DNA of 64,000 nucleotides from a virus (IMGVR_UViG_3300025141_015211:18589-82588), one strand, 5' to 3'; shown: positions 1 to 9,542, numbered from the stretch's first letter. Numbers and translations are program-made. Notes: a model not told the origin generated them from the sequence alone.

Positions 1-8
1 ATCTATAT

Positions 9-461
9 GTGTTAACTTCAAAAGAATTCGATGCATTTACTGTGTTGTTTTTCGATCAATTAACAGCAGATGATTTTTATCCTCCGTCTACTGGAGCACG
101 AGGAAAATCAAGGATGAATAAGGCTAAGGGCATGCAAAAATGCACAGTCTTAGTCGGATCAGTAACAACAAAAAATGAATTTGAACTTAAGAAAATTAAA
201 TTTAAGCTTAATGAAACACAATCCAAAAAGTCTGCACGTGTTAGGGAATTACAGGGTCGATTAAAGAATGCAAAAAAAATGACGCCTAAAAAGACAAAGA
301 TGGTCACAGGCATTCTTGAAAGAGAATCAGCGAGATTTGATAAAAAAATTAATAAGCTTACAAAACGTGCAAAGTATTGGTGCAACGAAGGGCCAAAATT
401 TAGATTTCACCTAGAGCAGATATGTATAGGAGATGGCACAAAAAGCGCTAATCTTAGATGA
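9..461 (+). CDS. hypothetical basic protein (possibly 5'-truncated by window edge)
   Basis: 150 aa Lys-rich ORF; frame stays open toward the window start. Confidence 0.55.
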   Translation: MLTSKEFDAFTVLFFDQLTADDFYPPSTGARGKSRMNKAKGMQKCTVLVGSVTTKNEFELKKIKFKLNETQSKKSARVRELQGRLKNAKKMTPKKTKMVTGILERESARFDKKINKLTKRAKYWCNEGPKFRFHLEQICIGDGTKSANLR

Positions 462-636
462 ACTATTACTTGACGCAATATCGTCAGGCAGGTGCTTAAC
501 AGTCGGTAGAGAAAATCTAATAAGTCTTGATAACAAAATGAGACTATCAGGATTTATGTGGAGTGAGCACAAAAATAGGTACATAAAAGTTGAATTTGGT
601 CCTCCGCCCATAAGAAAAGCTAGCAAAATATTGTGA
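433..636 (+). CDS. hypothetical protein
   Basis: 67 aa ORF overlapping neighbours, GGAG before ATG. Confidence 0.55.
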   Translation: MAQKALILDELLLDAISSGRCLTVGRENLISLDNKMRLSGFMWSEHKNRYIKVEFGPPPIRKASKIL

Positions 637-878
637 AGCCTGGCGATCTTGTCAGGTATGTTGAAAGAAGAAAAAGTAAAAATAGACACGTTTTGCCAAA
701 AAATGTGTGTCCTGTGGGGATTATTATTTCTGTTGATGAAAAGACAATTCACAATGATGAGGGTCCAGAAGCTTTAATGCGAGTTGTAAGAGTTAAATGG
801 TCAATTGATGCATGGAATAATGATTCAGGACTTTCAGAAGAATGTTATACAGACTTAGAGATAATTCAAAACATCTGA
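633..878 (+). CDS. small SH3/KOW-like beta-barrel protein
   Basis: MKPGDLVRY...VGIII...VRVKW pattern; GTGA overlap with upstream stop. Confidence 0.6.
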   Translation: MKPGDLVRYVERRKSKNRHVLPKNVCPVGIIISVDEKTIHNDEGPEALMRVVRVKWSIDAWNNDSGLSEECYTDLEIIQNI

Positions 879-912
879 TTATACCACATTAGAATTACTA
901 AGAGATTATACT

Positions 913-1269
913 TTGATTACAGACTACCCTAAATTCTTTATCGGCTTTTTTCTATTTACGCTTGGGCACACATTTGCATGGTTTCAGCTTAACTCTCAAT
1001 TTGTTTGGGAATGGTGGCAAAACAAACCTGTGCACGCAACGCTTATTTTCTCTATCCCAATTGGTTTTTCTTTCTGGTATGGTGTGAATTACATGTACCA
1101 GGCGATGAATGAGTTGTGGGGGCCTCGTCTTGTCGCCTTTGGTGCTTCTTATCTCGTATTCCCTCTCCTCACATGGCTGCTAGCAGGGGAGACAATGTTT
1201 ACACCTAAGACATTGATATGCATTTTCTTATCCATTATGATTGTAATGGTTCAGCTCTTCTGGAACTAG
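913..1269 (+). CDS. 4-TM small membrane protein (DMT/SMR-like)
   Basis: four hydrophobic segments; LLAGETMFTPK resembles the EamA/DMT C-terminal motif. Confidence 0.6.
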   Translation: MITDYPKFFIGFFLFTLGHTFAWFQLNSQFVWEWWQNKPVHATLIFSIPIGFSFWYGVNYMYQAMNELWGPRLVAFGASYLVFPLLTWLLAGETMFTPKTLICIFLSIMIVMVQLFWN

Positions 1270-1270
1270 T

Positions 1271-1468
1271 TTGGAAATAGGCGATGCAATTATTTGGAAT
1301 GATGATCACAGAATGTGTGATCAAAAAATTGGAATCATTCTAGACAAGTATGAAGATATCTACGATACAGAAATGACATGGTTATATGTCCAGTGGCCGA
1401 ATGAAACAAGTTATGTTTACTCTGGAATGATAGATGTAATTTCAGAAGTCTCTTCTAATTATAAATGA
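1271..1468 (+). CDS. small SH3/KOW-like protein
   Basis: MEIGDAII...IGIIL...YVQW. Confidence 0.55.
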   Translation: MEIGDAIIWNDDHRMCDQKIGIILDKYEDIYDTEMTWLYVQWPNETSYVYSGMIDVISEVSSNYK

Positions 1469-1474
1469 TAATTA
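1468..1474 (+). promoter_or_regulatory. putative late promoter element ATAnTTA (ATAATTA)
   Basis: the same heptamer recurs shortly upstream of many putative virion genes in this window. Confidence 0.45.
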
Positions 1475-1493
1475 GTTTTAGAGGCTTAATTGC

Positions 1494-4436
1494 GTGCATT
1501 TAAAAAGACAACAGCTTAGACAAATTATTAAAGAAGTACTTACTGAATCAACTGAGCTTGATAAGGCACTATACGGTTCTCTTGAGAAAGTTATAGCGGG
1601 TTCTAACTTCTGGCAGCAAGGAAACACAGAAGACGACGGTGACTACGAAGATGTCCCGGGTCTGGGCTTAATGCACCAAACAAGTGCTGCTCAATATCTG
1701 CAAGACACACTACAAAATGCAATCAACAATGCGGAGCAAGATATTATTATAGCAGTCCAGTCACCTGAATTGGATGCTAATCCGGGCTTCCTGTTAACCC
1801 CAGATAAACCGCAGTATCCTGACAGTGTTATATCAGGTGGCTACGCGACAGTTACACCAGATGGCAAACAGGCAGTGGTTCTCAACATGTCACTGTTTGA
1901 CGACTCTTTTAATGATGACGACGTTAATGCTCAAAGAATAGCTCGAAAGGGTGCAGCAATCTTGAGACATGAGATAGTACACCTTCAACAGGTTGCAGCA
2001 CGAGCCGAGTCTGAAGGTATTAGTTTGCTCGATGCGTTTGAAAACTTTAAAAAGGAACCTAAGTCAATCCCACCATCCGGTGCTGGACGTCAACAGTATA
2101 TTAAGTCACACATCGAAGTCGACGCACACGCTCACCAGGCTGCCGATGAGTTGTTATCTCTTTACGGCAAGGAAGAAGCACTTAGACTTATATCAAAGAC
2201 AGTTGACTTTGAGGACTTAGGTGTTGACTTACCTCACGCTATTGAAGATTATCTAATAGACAATCCTTCTGGAAAAACCGCGCGTCAGTTTAGAAAGAAG
2301 GTGTATGAATACATTAACTCGATAAGCGAGAAACTTAGTGAGGCAAGCGACCCTGATTCGTGGTTTGGTACGGGCTTCAAGCTTGGTACTAGCGTCAATC
2401 TCAAAAAAGACATAAACGTTGAAGGAACTTTAATTGGTGAAAAAGGACAGTACAAACTTGTCTTGTGGTCAAAGAGTGTATCAAAACTAATGCGCTCAGG
2501 TCAGGAAATTATTACGAAAAAGTCTAAACAAAACATCAAAATGTTTAAGCTTGCAAAAGGATTTACTCAAGCTTCACTAGAAAGAGTTATCAACAATCCT
2601 GAAAAAGGTGTATTGACAATAGAAACTACGAGTACGATTGTCCCTCAGGGGTCAACAGGCAAAACAGCGCGTGGATCGCGAGGTGAGAGTACTGTTGGTG
2701 AGCTAACGAATATTAAAGATCTTGCTTTAGAAATTACAGGGATCCAATTTGCATGGGACTTTGGTAGTGCAATCGGAAGACTTAATACTGCGCTAGCAGC
2801 GTTTGCAAGATCCAATCTACACCCATCTGAACGTGAAAGTTATAAAAAAGAGTTAGACGAAGCATTTGTTCAGCTTGCATTTCTTGTTATAGTAACTGCC
2901 GTGATTTTAGTTTCATTTGGAATAGGTAAGATAGCTGTACAAACACTTGCTTCACGATTTCCGATCTTGTCACGTAACATCACAAAAGCTGGTATCGCGG
3001 CCAGCGGTAAGGCTTCGGACCCTACACCTTCAGAAATCAAATACCCTACACCTTCAGAGATCAAAGCAGCTAGGCAATCACTTACAAATTTTAAAGAAAC
3101 AAGACTATCTAAAGCTGGAGTGAGTACAAACACTGGTCTTGCAAAAGAAATTGCTGATGAAGCTATAAAGGCAGCAGACAAACTATATGGCGCTGGGAAA
3201 GGTGTTATAGCACTTCCTACTAATCGACAACCTCCGGTTCCTAAAATTAAAAAATCAGATGCACTAAGAAGCATGTCTATTGTAGATAGAGTAGCAATTG
3301 AAAAACAGGTTGGTGGGAAACTCTTGAGTAAAGCAGGTGCGGGTGCTGACGGTGAGGTTTTCATCATTCGATTAGATGATGCTATCGGCATTCACAAAGA
3401 GGTTGCACTTAAAATTATTGGCAACATGTCTCCCGACTCAAACATGAAAGCTGCACGGTGGATATTAAAGAAGCGAGCATCACTAGATGCAGACACAGCA
3501 AAATACCTTCCTCGCGTTTTAAAAATCGGTAAGTTAAAGTTGCAAGGAGAATTTAATGTCGAACCGCATTACATTGTAATGGAGCGACTTTTACCTTTGC
3601 CGTCGAGTGTCAGGAAATTATTTCTCGACACAGAAAAAAATATCTCACAAAAGATTTTAAAAGATCCTGATTTATTTGACAGCTATATTGATGTATTTGT
3701 CACACAACTTCGCAAATCGTTAGATAATAGACTAACAGGTATTATGGGTCCTGGTGCTACCAATAACATAAAGAGTATTGTCATAAAGGTCGCAAATAAC
3801 CCTAAGACTGTATCGCCAGAAGCAAATGCACTTTTTAATAAAATTGACTGGTCTCAAGTCAACCTGATCAACCAGCCAGCGCAAAAAGAAAGTCTTAAAA
3901 AAATTGTCCCTGGTGTCTTAGAGTATCTAGTGAAGCTTAGGAAAACTGTAAAGTTTGAAACACGCCAGAGAGAAAAAGCCAATAAAGATGTCTCGAACGT
4001 CTACAAATATCTTAAATTATTAGACGATGAAATTGCAAGAATTTCAAGTACTCGTTTTTGGGTGCATTCTCGTGGAAGCCTCGGTAAATTTACGCCAAGC
4101 GTAGGGTCGCCACCTGGTACAGCAAGGAGTATTGGTAGAAATTTAGGTGATACGACAATTGCTGATACAATTGGAGCGTCAGCTGCTGAATCTGATCCTG
4201 CTGTAAAGGGTGCTATAAATGCAATGGCGAAGCTCGAGGCGGCTGGATTCCAACCGATGGACCTTCATAGTGAAAATTGGTTACTACGGCCTGGTTCGGG
4301 GGAAATAGTAATGGCAGACTTTGGAAGATTTAATGTGAAATGGGCAGGAGCCCAAAGCGGTAGATCTATAAAAGAAGCACACGAACTTACTCTAAGAAAG
4401 TTGATCCAGCAAATGTCTAAGGATCTTACAGAATGA
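1494..4436 (+). CDS. multidomain putative virion protein: zincin-like metallopeptidase + TM segment + protein-kinase-like domain
   Basis: RHEIVH...EVDAHA (HExxH+E); GAGADGEV, VALKI, DLHSEN, DFG kinase motifs; N- and C-terminal LRxxI helices. Confidence 0.75.
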   Translation: MHLKRQQLRQIIKEVLTESTELDKALYGSLEKVIAGSNFWQQGNTEDDGDYEDVPGLGLMHQTSAAQYLQDTLQNAINNAEQDIIIAVQSPELDANPGFLLTPDKPQYPDSVISGGYATVTPDGKQAVVLNMSLFDDSFNDDDVNAQRIARKGAAILRHEIVHLQQVAARAESEGISLLDAFENFKKEPKSIPPSGAGRQQYIKSHIEVDAHAHQAADELLSLYGKEEALRLISKTVDFEDLGVDLPHAIEDYLIDNPSGKTARQFRKKVYEYINSISEKLSEASDPDSWFGTGFKLGTSVNLKKDINVEGTLIGEKGQYKLVLWSKSVSKLMRSGQEIITKKSKQNIKMFKLAKGFTQASLERVINNPEKGVLTIETTSTIVPQGSTGKTARGSRGESTVGELTNIKDLALEITGIQFAWDFGSAIGRLNTALAAFARSNLHPSERESYKKELDEAFVQLAFLVIVTAVILVSFGIGKIAVQTLASRFPILSRNITKAGIAASGKASDPTPSEIKYPTPSEIKAARQSLTNFKETRLSKAGVSTNTGLAKEIADEAIKAADKLYGAGKGVIALPTNRQPPVPKIKKSDALRSMSIVDRVAIEKQVGGKLLSKAGAGADGEVFIIRLDDAIGIHKEVALKIIGNMSPDSNMKAARWILKKRASLDADTAKYLPRVLKIGKLKLQGEFNVEPHYIVMERLLPLPSSVRKLFLDTEKNISQKILKDPDLFDSYIDVFVTQLRKSLDNRLTGIMGPGATNNIKSIVIKVANNPKTVSPEANALFNKIDWSQVNLINQPAQKESLKKIVPGVLEYLVKLRKTVKFETRQREKANKDVSNVYKYLKLLDDEIARISSTRFWVHSRGSLGKFTPSVGSPPGTARSIGRNLGDTTIADTIGASAAESDPAVKGAINAMAKLEAAGFQPMDLHSENWLLRPGSGEIVMADFGRFNVKWAGAQSGRSIKEAHELTLRKLIQQMSKDLTE
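3019..3065 (+). repeat. 24-bp in-frame tandem duplication (PTPSEIK x2)
   Basis: accctacaccttcaga(a/g)atcaaa twice, period 24. Confidence 0.9.
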
Positions 4437-5332
4437 AAATCACAGAATCATCATTAAGACAACTCATCCAAGTAGAGTTTCAACGTGCTCAGCTTAATGA
4501 AGCAGTTGAAATTGCATGTGATATGCTACCTGCACAATCACTTAGATATCTTGCATGTCAAGCAACTGGCTGGATTTGGGCAAAAACTCCGCACACTGAA
4601 TACTTTACTGGTGTTACACTTAAGCGCACACTTCCAAATGCGTTGAGATATCTAGGCTTTTCAGAAGCAGTCACTGGTTCAGCAGTTACACTTACTAGTC
4701 TTGCTGCAGCTGGTGTCTTTGTAATAGGCATGTTTGCAGCGCTACCAATGATGATTAAACGTAGAATTGAACTTCTTGATTCTACCAAAGGTTTTTTCAT
4801 GAACCTGCAACACCATAGGAATCTTATATTTGATTCGACAAAGGAACCTAAATATTACGGGCCGCTCGAATATGACCATATCGATCCATCAAATTCGCCG
4901 CTCGCAATGATGTTTGGGAAATCGACAAGAAATAGAGACGACATAATAGATTTAATAGCTAGTCAGATGGGCACACCTGAGGGTAAGAAATTATATGGCG
5001 AGCTAATATCAACAGATAGTTGGGCGATACCCGGCATATTTGGATTTGAAGATTTAGGACAAAAGTGGCGTGGGCCAATTATTGGAAAGTCTATATCTTC
5101 AAGAATACTGAAAAGAAGAAAAGAAATTATTGCAGATGCAAACAAGAAGATGATTGACAAAATATTAAAGCGGACAAAAGAACTACAGACTGAAGGTGAG
5201 TATAAAAAAATCATTGAGTTTGCACAGTCAATGGGCTGGGATCCTTCTAGCGCAGGTAATGCGGACGACCTTGATGAAGCACACGCGCTTACGCTAAGAA
5301 GCATTGTGCGACAAGCAATTAGAAGGACATGA
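4433..5332 (+). CDS. putative virion protein with TM segment
   Basis: MKITESSLRQLIQ N-terminus; C-terminal EAHALTLRSIVRQ similar to the end of the upstream gene. Confidence 0.7.
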   Translation: MKITESSLRQLIQVEFQRAQLNEAVEIACDMLPAQSLRYLACQATGWIWAKTPHTEYFTGVTLKRTLPNALRYLGFSEAVTGSAVTLTSLAAAGVFVIGMFAALPMMIKRRIELLDSTKGFFMNLQHHRNLIFDSTKEPKYYGPLEYDHIDPSNSPLAMMFGKSTRNRDDIIDLIASQMGTPEGKKLYGELISTDSWAIPGIFGFEDLGQKWRGPIIGKSISSRILKRRKEIIADANKKMIDKILKRTKELQTEGEYKKIIEFAQSMGWDPSSAGNADDLDEAHALTLRSIVRQAIRRT

Positions 5333-5658
5333 AGTTTGCAAGCCTTATGCTGTTGATGTTGACAACAGGTTGCTACTCAAAACTAAACCTCGCAGGTAAG
5401 AATCTAGAAGTATCAGGTAGCACATGTGTTGACGGCCTCATAGTCAACATTGATGCGGCAGGATGTGAATCACTATACTTCGGTAATCTACCTGATGAGA
5501 GAATATTAAAGGTTGCATGTAAATATTCTCCTGTCGACAATCTGTGGACACGGGCTGAGTACTATGCTATTCCATTCAAACACACGCTCATCAATCCTAC
5601 ATGGCAGCTCCTGTGTGAAGATGAATATATGAAAGTCTATAGAGTCTGTTGTAAGTAA
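5329..5658 (+). CDS. Cys-rich lipoprotein
   Basis: lipobox-like LTTGC; paralogous to 18779..19120. Confidence 0.7.
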   Translation: MKFASLMLLMLTTGCYSKLNLAGKNLEVSGSTCVDGLIVNIDAAGCESLYFGNLPDERILKVACKYSPVDNLWTRAEYYAIPFKHTLINPTWQLLCEDEYMKVYRVCCK

Positions 5659-5662
5659 GTTA

Positions 5663-5692
5663 CGTGTAAAACACAAAGAGACATATTATAAT
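5663..5692 (+). promoter_or_regulatory. promoter CGTGTAA-N17-TATAAT for tRNA-Arg
   Basis: GTGTAA 5664-5669, TATAAT 5687-5692, 17-bp spacer. Confidence 0.7.
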
Positions 5693-5700
5693 ATTCTCAT

Positions 5701-5777
<77 letters not shown>

Positions 5778-5802
5778 TTTCAAAATGGAAATTAGTTAGC
5801 CA

Positions 5803-6093
5803 ATGAGTGACTATGAATTTTATGAAGTTGCAAAATTGTGGCTTCCAGATGAAAGTAAGGGTGTTGTTAAAATTGTATCTTTTGCAAATGAGGGTGGCTA
5901 TGCAACACTTCACTTTGACGATGAGTATGTTTTACATATCTCAAAAGAAACGCTATTGAATTTAAAATCCCTGATTAACGAGACAGTAGACGCTTTAGAA
6001 GGTTTCGAAAAGTTTAACAACTTTACATCAAAGTCTTGCACAAAAGAAAACCCTGATAATGTTTTAGAATTTAAAAGAAAAGATGATGATTAA
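5803..6093 (+). CDS. hypothetical protein
   Basis: 96 aa ORF ending in NVLEFKRK. Confidence 0.65.
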   Translation: MSDYEFYEVAKLWLPDESKGVVKIVSFANEGGYATLHFDDEYVLHISKETLLNLKSLINETVDALEGFEKFNNFTSKSCTKENPDNVLEFKRKDDD

Positions 6094-6397
6094 AATTATA
6101 ATACTTCTCATATTTAGCATGACGCAAGCATCTTACGCACAAGAAGAGACGTGTGTTGTGGGTCAATCATACGTACCTCCTGCAACTACAAAACACCCAC
6201 ATATTATAAAAACTCAGTCAGTTGATGTTGTCTTATGGTCTAGTGTTGTCCATTCATTAGAAATATCACCCTGGACTTTAGTATGCAAAAAAATGTGTTT
6301 TAATACTAGTGAAATAAAAACAAACAAGAAGTCTAAAGAAGTTATCATTAATAATCACAAGGACATAAAAATTCAGTGGGAAAACATCTGTAACTAA
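6083..6397 (+). CDS. secreted hypothetical protein
   Basis: signal peptide ending ASYA. Confidence 0.55.
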   Translation: MMIKIIILLIFSMTQASYAQEETCVVGQSYVPPATTKHPHIIKTQSVDVVLWSSVVHSLEISPWTLVCKKMCFNTSEIKTNKKSKEVIINNHKDIKIQWENICN

Positions 6398-6436
6398 AAA
6401 GAAACTAATCTATTTTTAAGAACACATATTTATTAT

Positions 6437-6646
6437 GTGTCAAAAACTGAAGAAAATCTTAAGATAGGTGATTTAGTTGAGAATGTCACCGATGGGTGCC
6501 AACGCGGTATTGTCTTAAAAAAACGATTCTCTCCACAAGATGTACGCGGTCAAAAGTATAATATTCTTACTTATGACATTCTATTTGATGATGGTGATAT
6601 AAGAAATCTCAAGCCTACTACACTTCGCATAGTTCAGAAATTGTAG
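6437..6646 (+). CDS. small SH3/KOW-like protein
   Basis: LKIGDLVE...GIVL...YDILFDDG. Confidence 0.65.
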   Translation: MSKTEENLKIGDLVENVTDGCQRGIVLKKRFSPQDVRGQKYNILTYDILFDDGDIRNLKPTTLRIVQKL

Positions 6647-6664
6647 CGAATTTATAATTTCTTT

Positions 6665-6694
6665 TTGTAATTTGATCTATCTGTACCGTATAAT
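6665..6694 (+). promoter_or_regulatory. promoter TTGTAA-N18-TATAAT
   Basis: upstream of AAGGAG RBS and ATG at 6727. Confidence 0.5.
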
Positions 6695-6726
6695 ATTGTC
6701 ATGACAGTGTTATTAAAGGAGAAGGC

Positions 6727-6963
6727 ATGTCTAATAAAGAAGTTGTTAAAGAGCTAGTAGAAAAATTACTGACAATTGAAAATGAAATTAGTCTACTACA
6801 AGAAGATAGAAAAGTCACACTTAGTGATTACAAAGATAGATTAGATATCAAGGCTTTTAGAGCAGCGCTACGTATTGCAAAAATTAAGTCGAAGCTTGGT
6901 ACTTCTGAAGATGCGCTTGATAATATTTTAGATGTTGTTGAGGATCGCCTCACAGTAATTTAG
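6727..6963 (+). CDS. GapR/DUF2312 or T4 DsbA-like dsDNA-binding protein
   Basis: VEKLLTIENE...DRK...DIKAFRAALRIAK pattern; strong RBS. Confidence 0.6.
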   Translation: MSNKEVVKELVEKLLTIENEISLLQEDRKVTLSDYKDRLDIKAFRAALRIAKIKSKLGTSEDALDNILDVVEDRLTVI

Positions 6964-6990
6964 TGGGTCATTAGTCTGTGTGAGTGATGT

Positions 6991-7314
6991 ATGAATAAAG
7001 ATATTATCTGGAAAGCCCAGCTGGCTGCTCTTCGAGAAATGGAAGTAAATATTAAATCACTCATTAAGGCTGCGCAAGAAGCAGAAAGACGTATTAAAAA
7101 TGACGGACTAAATAACAACTATAGTGCCAATCATGATTGTTACGATTATGCAGCAAAAGTTTGGAAACAGAGCTTAAGACTTTCAGAACTTAAAAAGCTT
7201 GAATACGATGTTACAGGTAAAGACCCGTGGGGGATGCCTAAAAAAGATAAACATCAAGTAAAGTCAAAACCCGCGGCACAAAATAAAAAAAAGAAAAAGT
7301 CTAAGAAGAAGTAA
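6991..7314 (+). CDS. hypothetical protein with Lys-rich tail
   Basis: 107 aa ORF. Confidence 0.65.
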   Translation: MNKDIIWKAQLAALREMEVNIKSLIKAAQEAERRIKNDGLNNNYSANHDCYDYAAKVWKQSLRLSELKKLEYDVTGKDPWGMPKKDKHQVKSKPAAQNKKKKKSKKK

Positions 7315-7324
7315 TTGCATAAAA

Positions 7325-7408
7325 ATGATTTTATTTATTGAAGGGTTTATAGCTGGATTCATGGTTTGCATAATGTTTGTAATAGCTGCTAATAATCAAA
7401 AGTTTTAA
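7325..7408 (+). CDS. small single-TM peptide (27 aa, not in ORF track)
   Basis: MILFIEGFIAGFMVCIMFVIAANNQKF fills the intergenic gap. Confidence 0.4.
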   Translation: MILFIEGFIAGFMVCIMFVIAANNQKF

Positions 7409-7410
7409 TT

Positions 7411-7704
7411 ATGCCTAGAAAAAAAAAGAAAAACTCGACACGAAAAAACAAGGAAACAGTAAGACCCACCAAGGTGATCATCACAGAGTGGGAAGACTGG
7501 AAATCAGGTGATCTTGCTTGGGGTAAAACATTTGCACTGAATAAAAGCATTTATGGAGAAATTATAGAGTTTCATCCTAATGATAATCATGGCCCAGCTG
7601 TAACACTCTTAGATGCTAACCAGGGTGGTTATATAACAATTTTAGCAAGCACATTAAGTGACAAAGACCCTAAGAAAATTAGAATAAGAAGAAATAAAAA
7701 GTAG
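7411..7704 (+). CDS. SH3-like hypothetical protein
   Basis: WKSGDLAW...YGEII; basic termini. Confidence 0.6.
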   Translation: MPRKKKKNSTRKNKETVRPTKVIITEWEDWKSGDLAWGKTFALNKSIYGEIIEFHPNDNHGPAVTLLDANQGGYITILASTLSDKDPKKIRIRRNKK

Positions 7705-7707
7705 TAA

Positions 7708-7959
7708 ATGGACAATTCAAACGTACTCCTCAAAGATCTCATACATGTAAAAAAAGGTGATATTGTTTTGATTACAGATCCTGAACATGAGCTAGCAGGC
7801 TTTCCAGGGGTAATTAAAAAAATTATCCCAAAGAATACAAGAGCAATTGTTAAGATTTCAACAAATAAAAAAACAGTATGGATAAGTCAATCTTACCTAA
7901 TTAAAATCACAAAAAAGCAACAAGAAGTATTTGTAGATCTTCTAAAGGAGTCATCATGA
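7708..7959 (+). CDS. KOW-motif protein
   Basis: VKKGDIVLI...G.PGVIKKI. Confidence 0.6.
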   Translation: MDNSNVLLKDLIHVKKGDIVLITDPEHELAGFPGVIKKIIPKNTRAIVKISTNKKTVWISQSYLIKITKKQQEVFVDLLKESS

Positions 7960-7962
7960 CAG

Positions 7963-8319
7963 GTGTACTATCGAGCTAGATCATTAGCATTAAGTAATGG
8001 TCGCACTTATCACATAGCTGCCATCCTTAAAAGAAACGGCAGGATCGTAAAGATTGGTGAGAACACAGATAAAACCCACCCGAGATTTAAGCGTCAATAT
8101 GAAGACGGAACTTGGGCTTCACACATGCATGCTGAGATGAATGTTCTTAGATTTGCAAAACCAGGGGACGAAATTGAAGTTATGCGATTTGCAAAGTGCA
8201 GTCATGCGCTTACAATGGCTAAACCTTGTGAGCTTTGTATGAAGGCAATGAGTGATGCTGGAATTAAAAGAGTAAAGTACACTAACTGGATTGGTGAATG
8301 GGAAACAATCAAGATATAA
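7963..8319 (+). CDS. zinc-dependent cytidine/deoxycytidylate deaminase-family protein
   Basis: HAE and KPCELC motifs. Confidence 0.8.
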   Translation: MYYRARSLALSNGRTYHIAAILKRNGRIVKIGENTDKTHPRFKRQYEDGTWASHMHAEMNVLRFAKPGDEIEVMRFAKCSHALTMAKPCELCMKAMSDAGIKRVKYTNWIGEWETIKI

Positions 8320-8594
8320 AAAAGTCAAACAAATGGTTCCTTTATGTAGTTGAGTGTGCTGATAACACACTTTATACGGGTATTACGACAGATACTAGTA
8401 GGCGATTATACGAACACAACTGTTCAAAGAAGGGTGCGAAATATACTCGTAGTCGAAGACCTGTCACACTTATCTACACAGAAAGTTTTAAAAATAGGTC
8501 AACTGCATCTAAAGCTGAAGCAGCATTTAAAAAACTTACAAGACACTCAAAGTTAAGACATGTGCAAAACAAGACTAAGCATTGCGATGACTAG
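8298..8594 (+). CDS. GIY-YIG nuclease (UPF0213/YhbQ-like)
   Basis: FLYVVEC.DNTLYTGIT, RRL.EH, GAKYTR.RRP. Confidence 0.85.
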   Translation: MGNNQDIKKSNKWFLYVVECADNTLYTGITTDTSRRLYEHNCSKKGAKYTRSRRPVTLIYTESFKNRSTASKAEAAFKKLTRHSKLRHVQNKTKHCDD

Positions 8595-8699
8595 CCCAAG
8601 TATAGACAAGAGTTTAGCATTTTCAGCTTCAGAATAACATCGATTAATGCTGTTGTTTAATTGTTTTAATTTATCAACACTTATTCTAATTCTATTCAT
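8553..8699 (-). CDS. small membrane protein (48 aa, not in ORF track)
   Basis: MNRIRISVDKLKQLNNSINRCYSEAENAKLLSILGLVIAMLSLVLHMS; AGGAG RBS 7 nt upstream. Confidence 0.55.
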   Translation of the reverse strand: MNRIRISVDKLKQLNNSINRCYSEAENAKLLSILGLVIAMLSLVLHMS

Positions 8700-8711
8700 A
8701 ACTACACTCCT

Positions 8712-8880
8712 AAAAGAAAGGGGGTCAAGACAGATTCCGGCGCGCGACTTTGCGGTTTCATATCTTGACTCACGCCACCCCTACGACGACCCCTCCGAGG
8801 TCCGGCGTATTTTTTACCAGGTACAGGCTTCAATCATGAGGGTTACACCTCACTAGTCGACGGCGGTCAACACGAAATTT
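8712..8880 (-). ncRNA. unassigned structured RNA / leader
   Basis: GC-rich island; long closing stem (8859-8877 with 8756-8779) whose G-U pairs work only on the minus strand; internal hairpins; alternative stem followed by a U-tract. Confidence 0.5.
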
Positions 8881-8960
8881 ATTTTTGTAAAAGACCTACA
8901 ATTAAGTATGTAAAGAAAATTATAAACATCAAACATTTTTATATTGATATGTAAAGATGT

Positions 8961-9542
8961 ATGTTTTTTCTTTCATTAGTTCTAAGTACAACACTAGTTG
9001 CTTCTGATTATCCTGAAAGCAACAGGTCGTCTGTAAGATACGTACATCCTTCTTACTTTGAAGTTAAAGAAGATAATGCTGAAAAATTTGCAAATTGGAA
9101 ATCAAAGCCCGATGTTAAAGTATGCAATCACGCACCTGTTACAATAGCTCAAGTTGAAAAAGCACTGTCATGGTGGGAAGACTTAGGGTATAAGTTTGGT
9201 TATATCTACAAATCAAGTTGTGTTGAAAACGCACACTATGGAAATATAGTAATCAGCCTCGCAGGACAAGACTTTAAATTTGACAAAAGTTATGGATCAA
9301 CAAGCATGCACTATGATACTGAGACACGTCAAGCACATTGGGCACAAATATTTCTGCCAGAGAAAGTTAGAGAGCGTGTACTAGAACATGAAATAGGGCA
9401 TGCACTAGGTTGGCATCATTCTGCACAGAAGGGGCACATACTTTACCCTAGCTGGCAACTTGGCGGATGGAATAGTGATGGACTTAAAGTCCCGACATTG
9501 AATCTTAATCGTTCAAAATCTTCTTCAAAAAATCCTTTGTGA
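8961..9542 (+). CDS. secreted matrixin-like (M10) zinc metallopeptidase
   Basis: signal peptide; HEIGHALGWHH. Confidence 0.8.
   Translation: MFFLSLVLSTTLVASDYPESNRSSVRYVHPSYFEVKEDNAEKFANWKSKPDVKVCNHAPVTIAQVEKALSWWEDLGYKFGYIYKSSCVENAHYGNIVISLAGQDFKFDKSYGSTSMHYDTETRQAHWAQIFLPEKVRERVLEHEIGHALGWHHSAQKGHILYPSWQLGGWNSDGLKVPTLNLNRSKSSSKNPL

Noticed and set aside
8647-8856. 69-aa plus-strand ORF
   Set aside because: No RBS; overlaps the structured minus-strand element and a better-supported small ORF
8712-8880. Assignment as 6S RNA, tmRNA, RNase P or a known ribozyme
   Set aside because: Only short word matches (e.g. GGGTTACA, CGGCGG); diagnostic cores not found, so left unassigned
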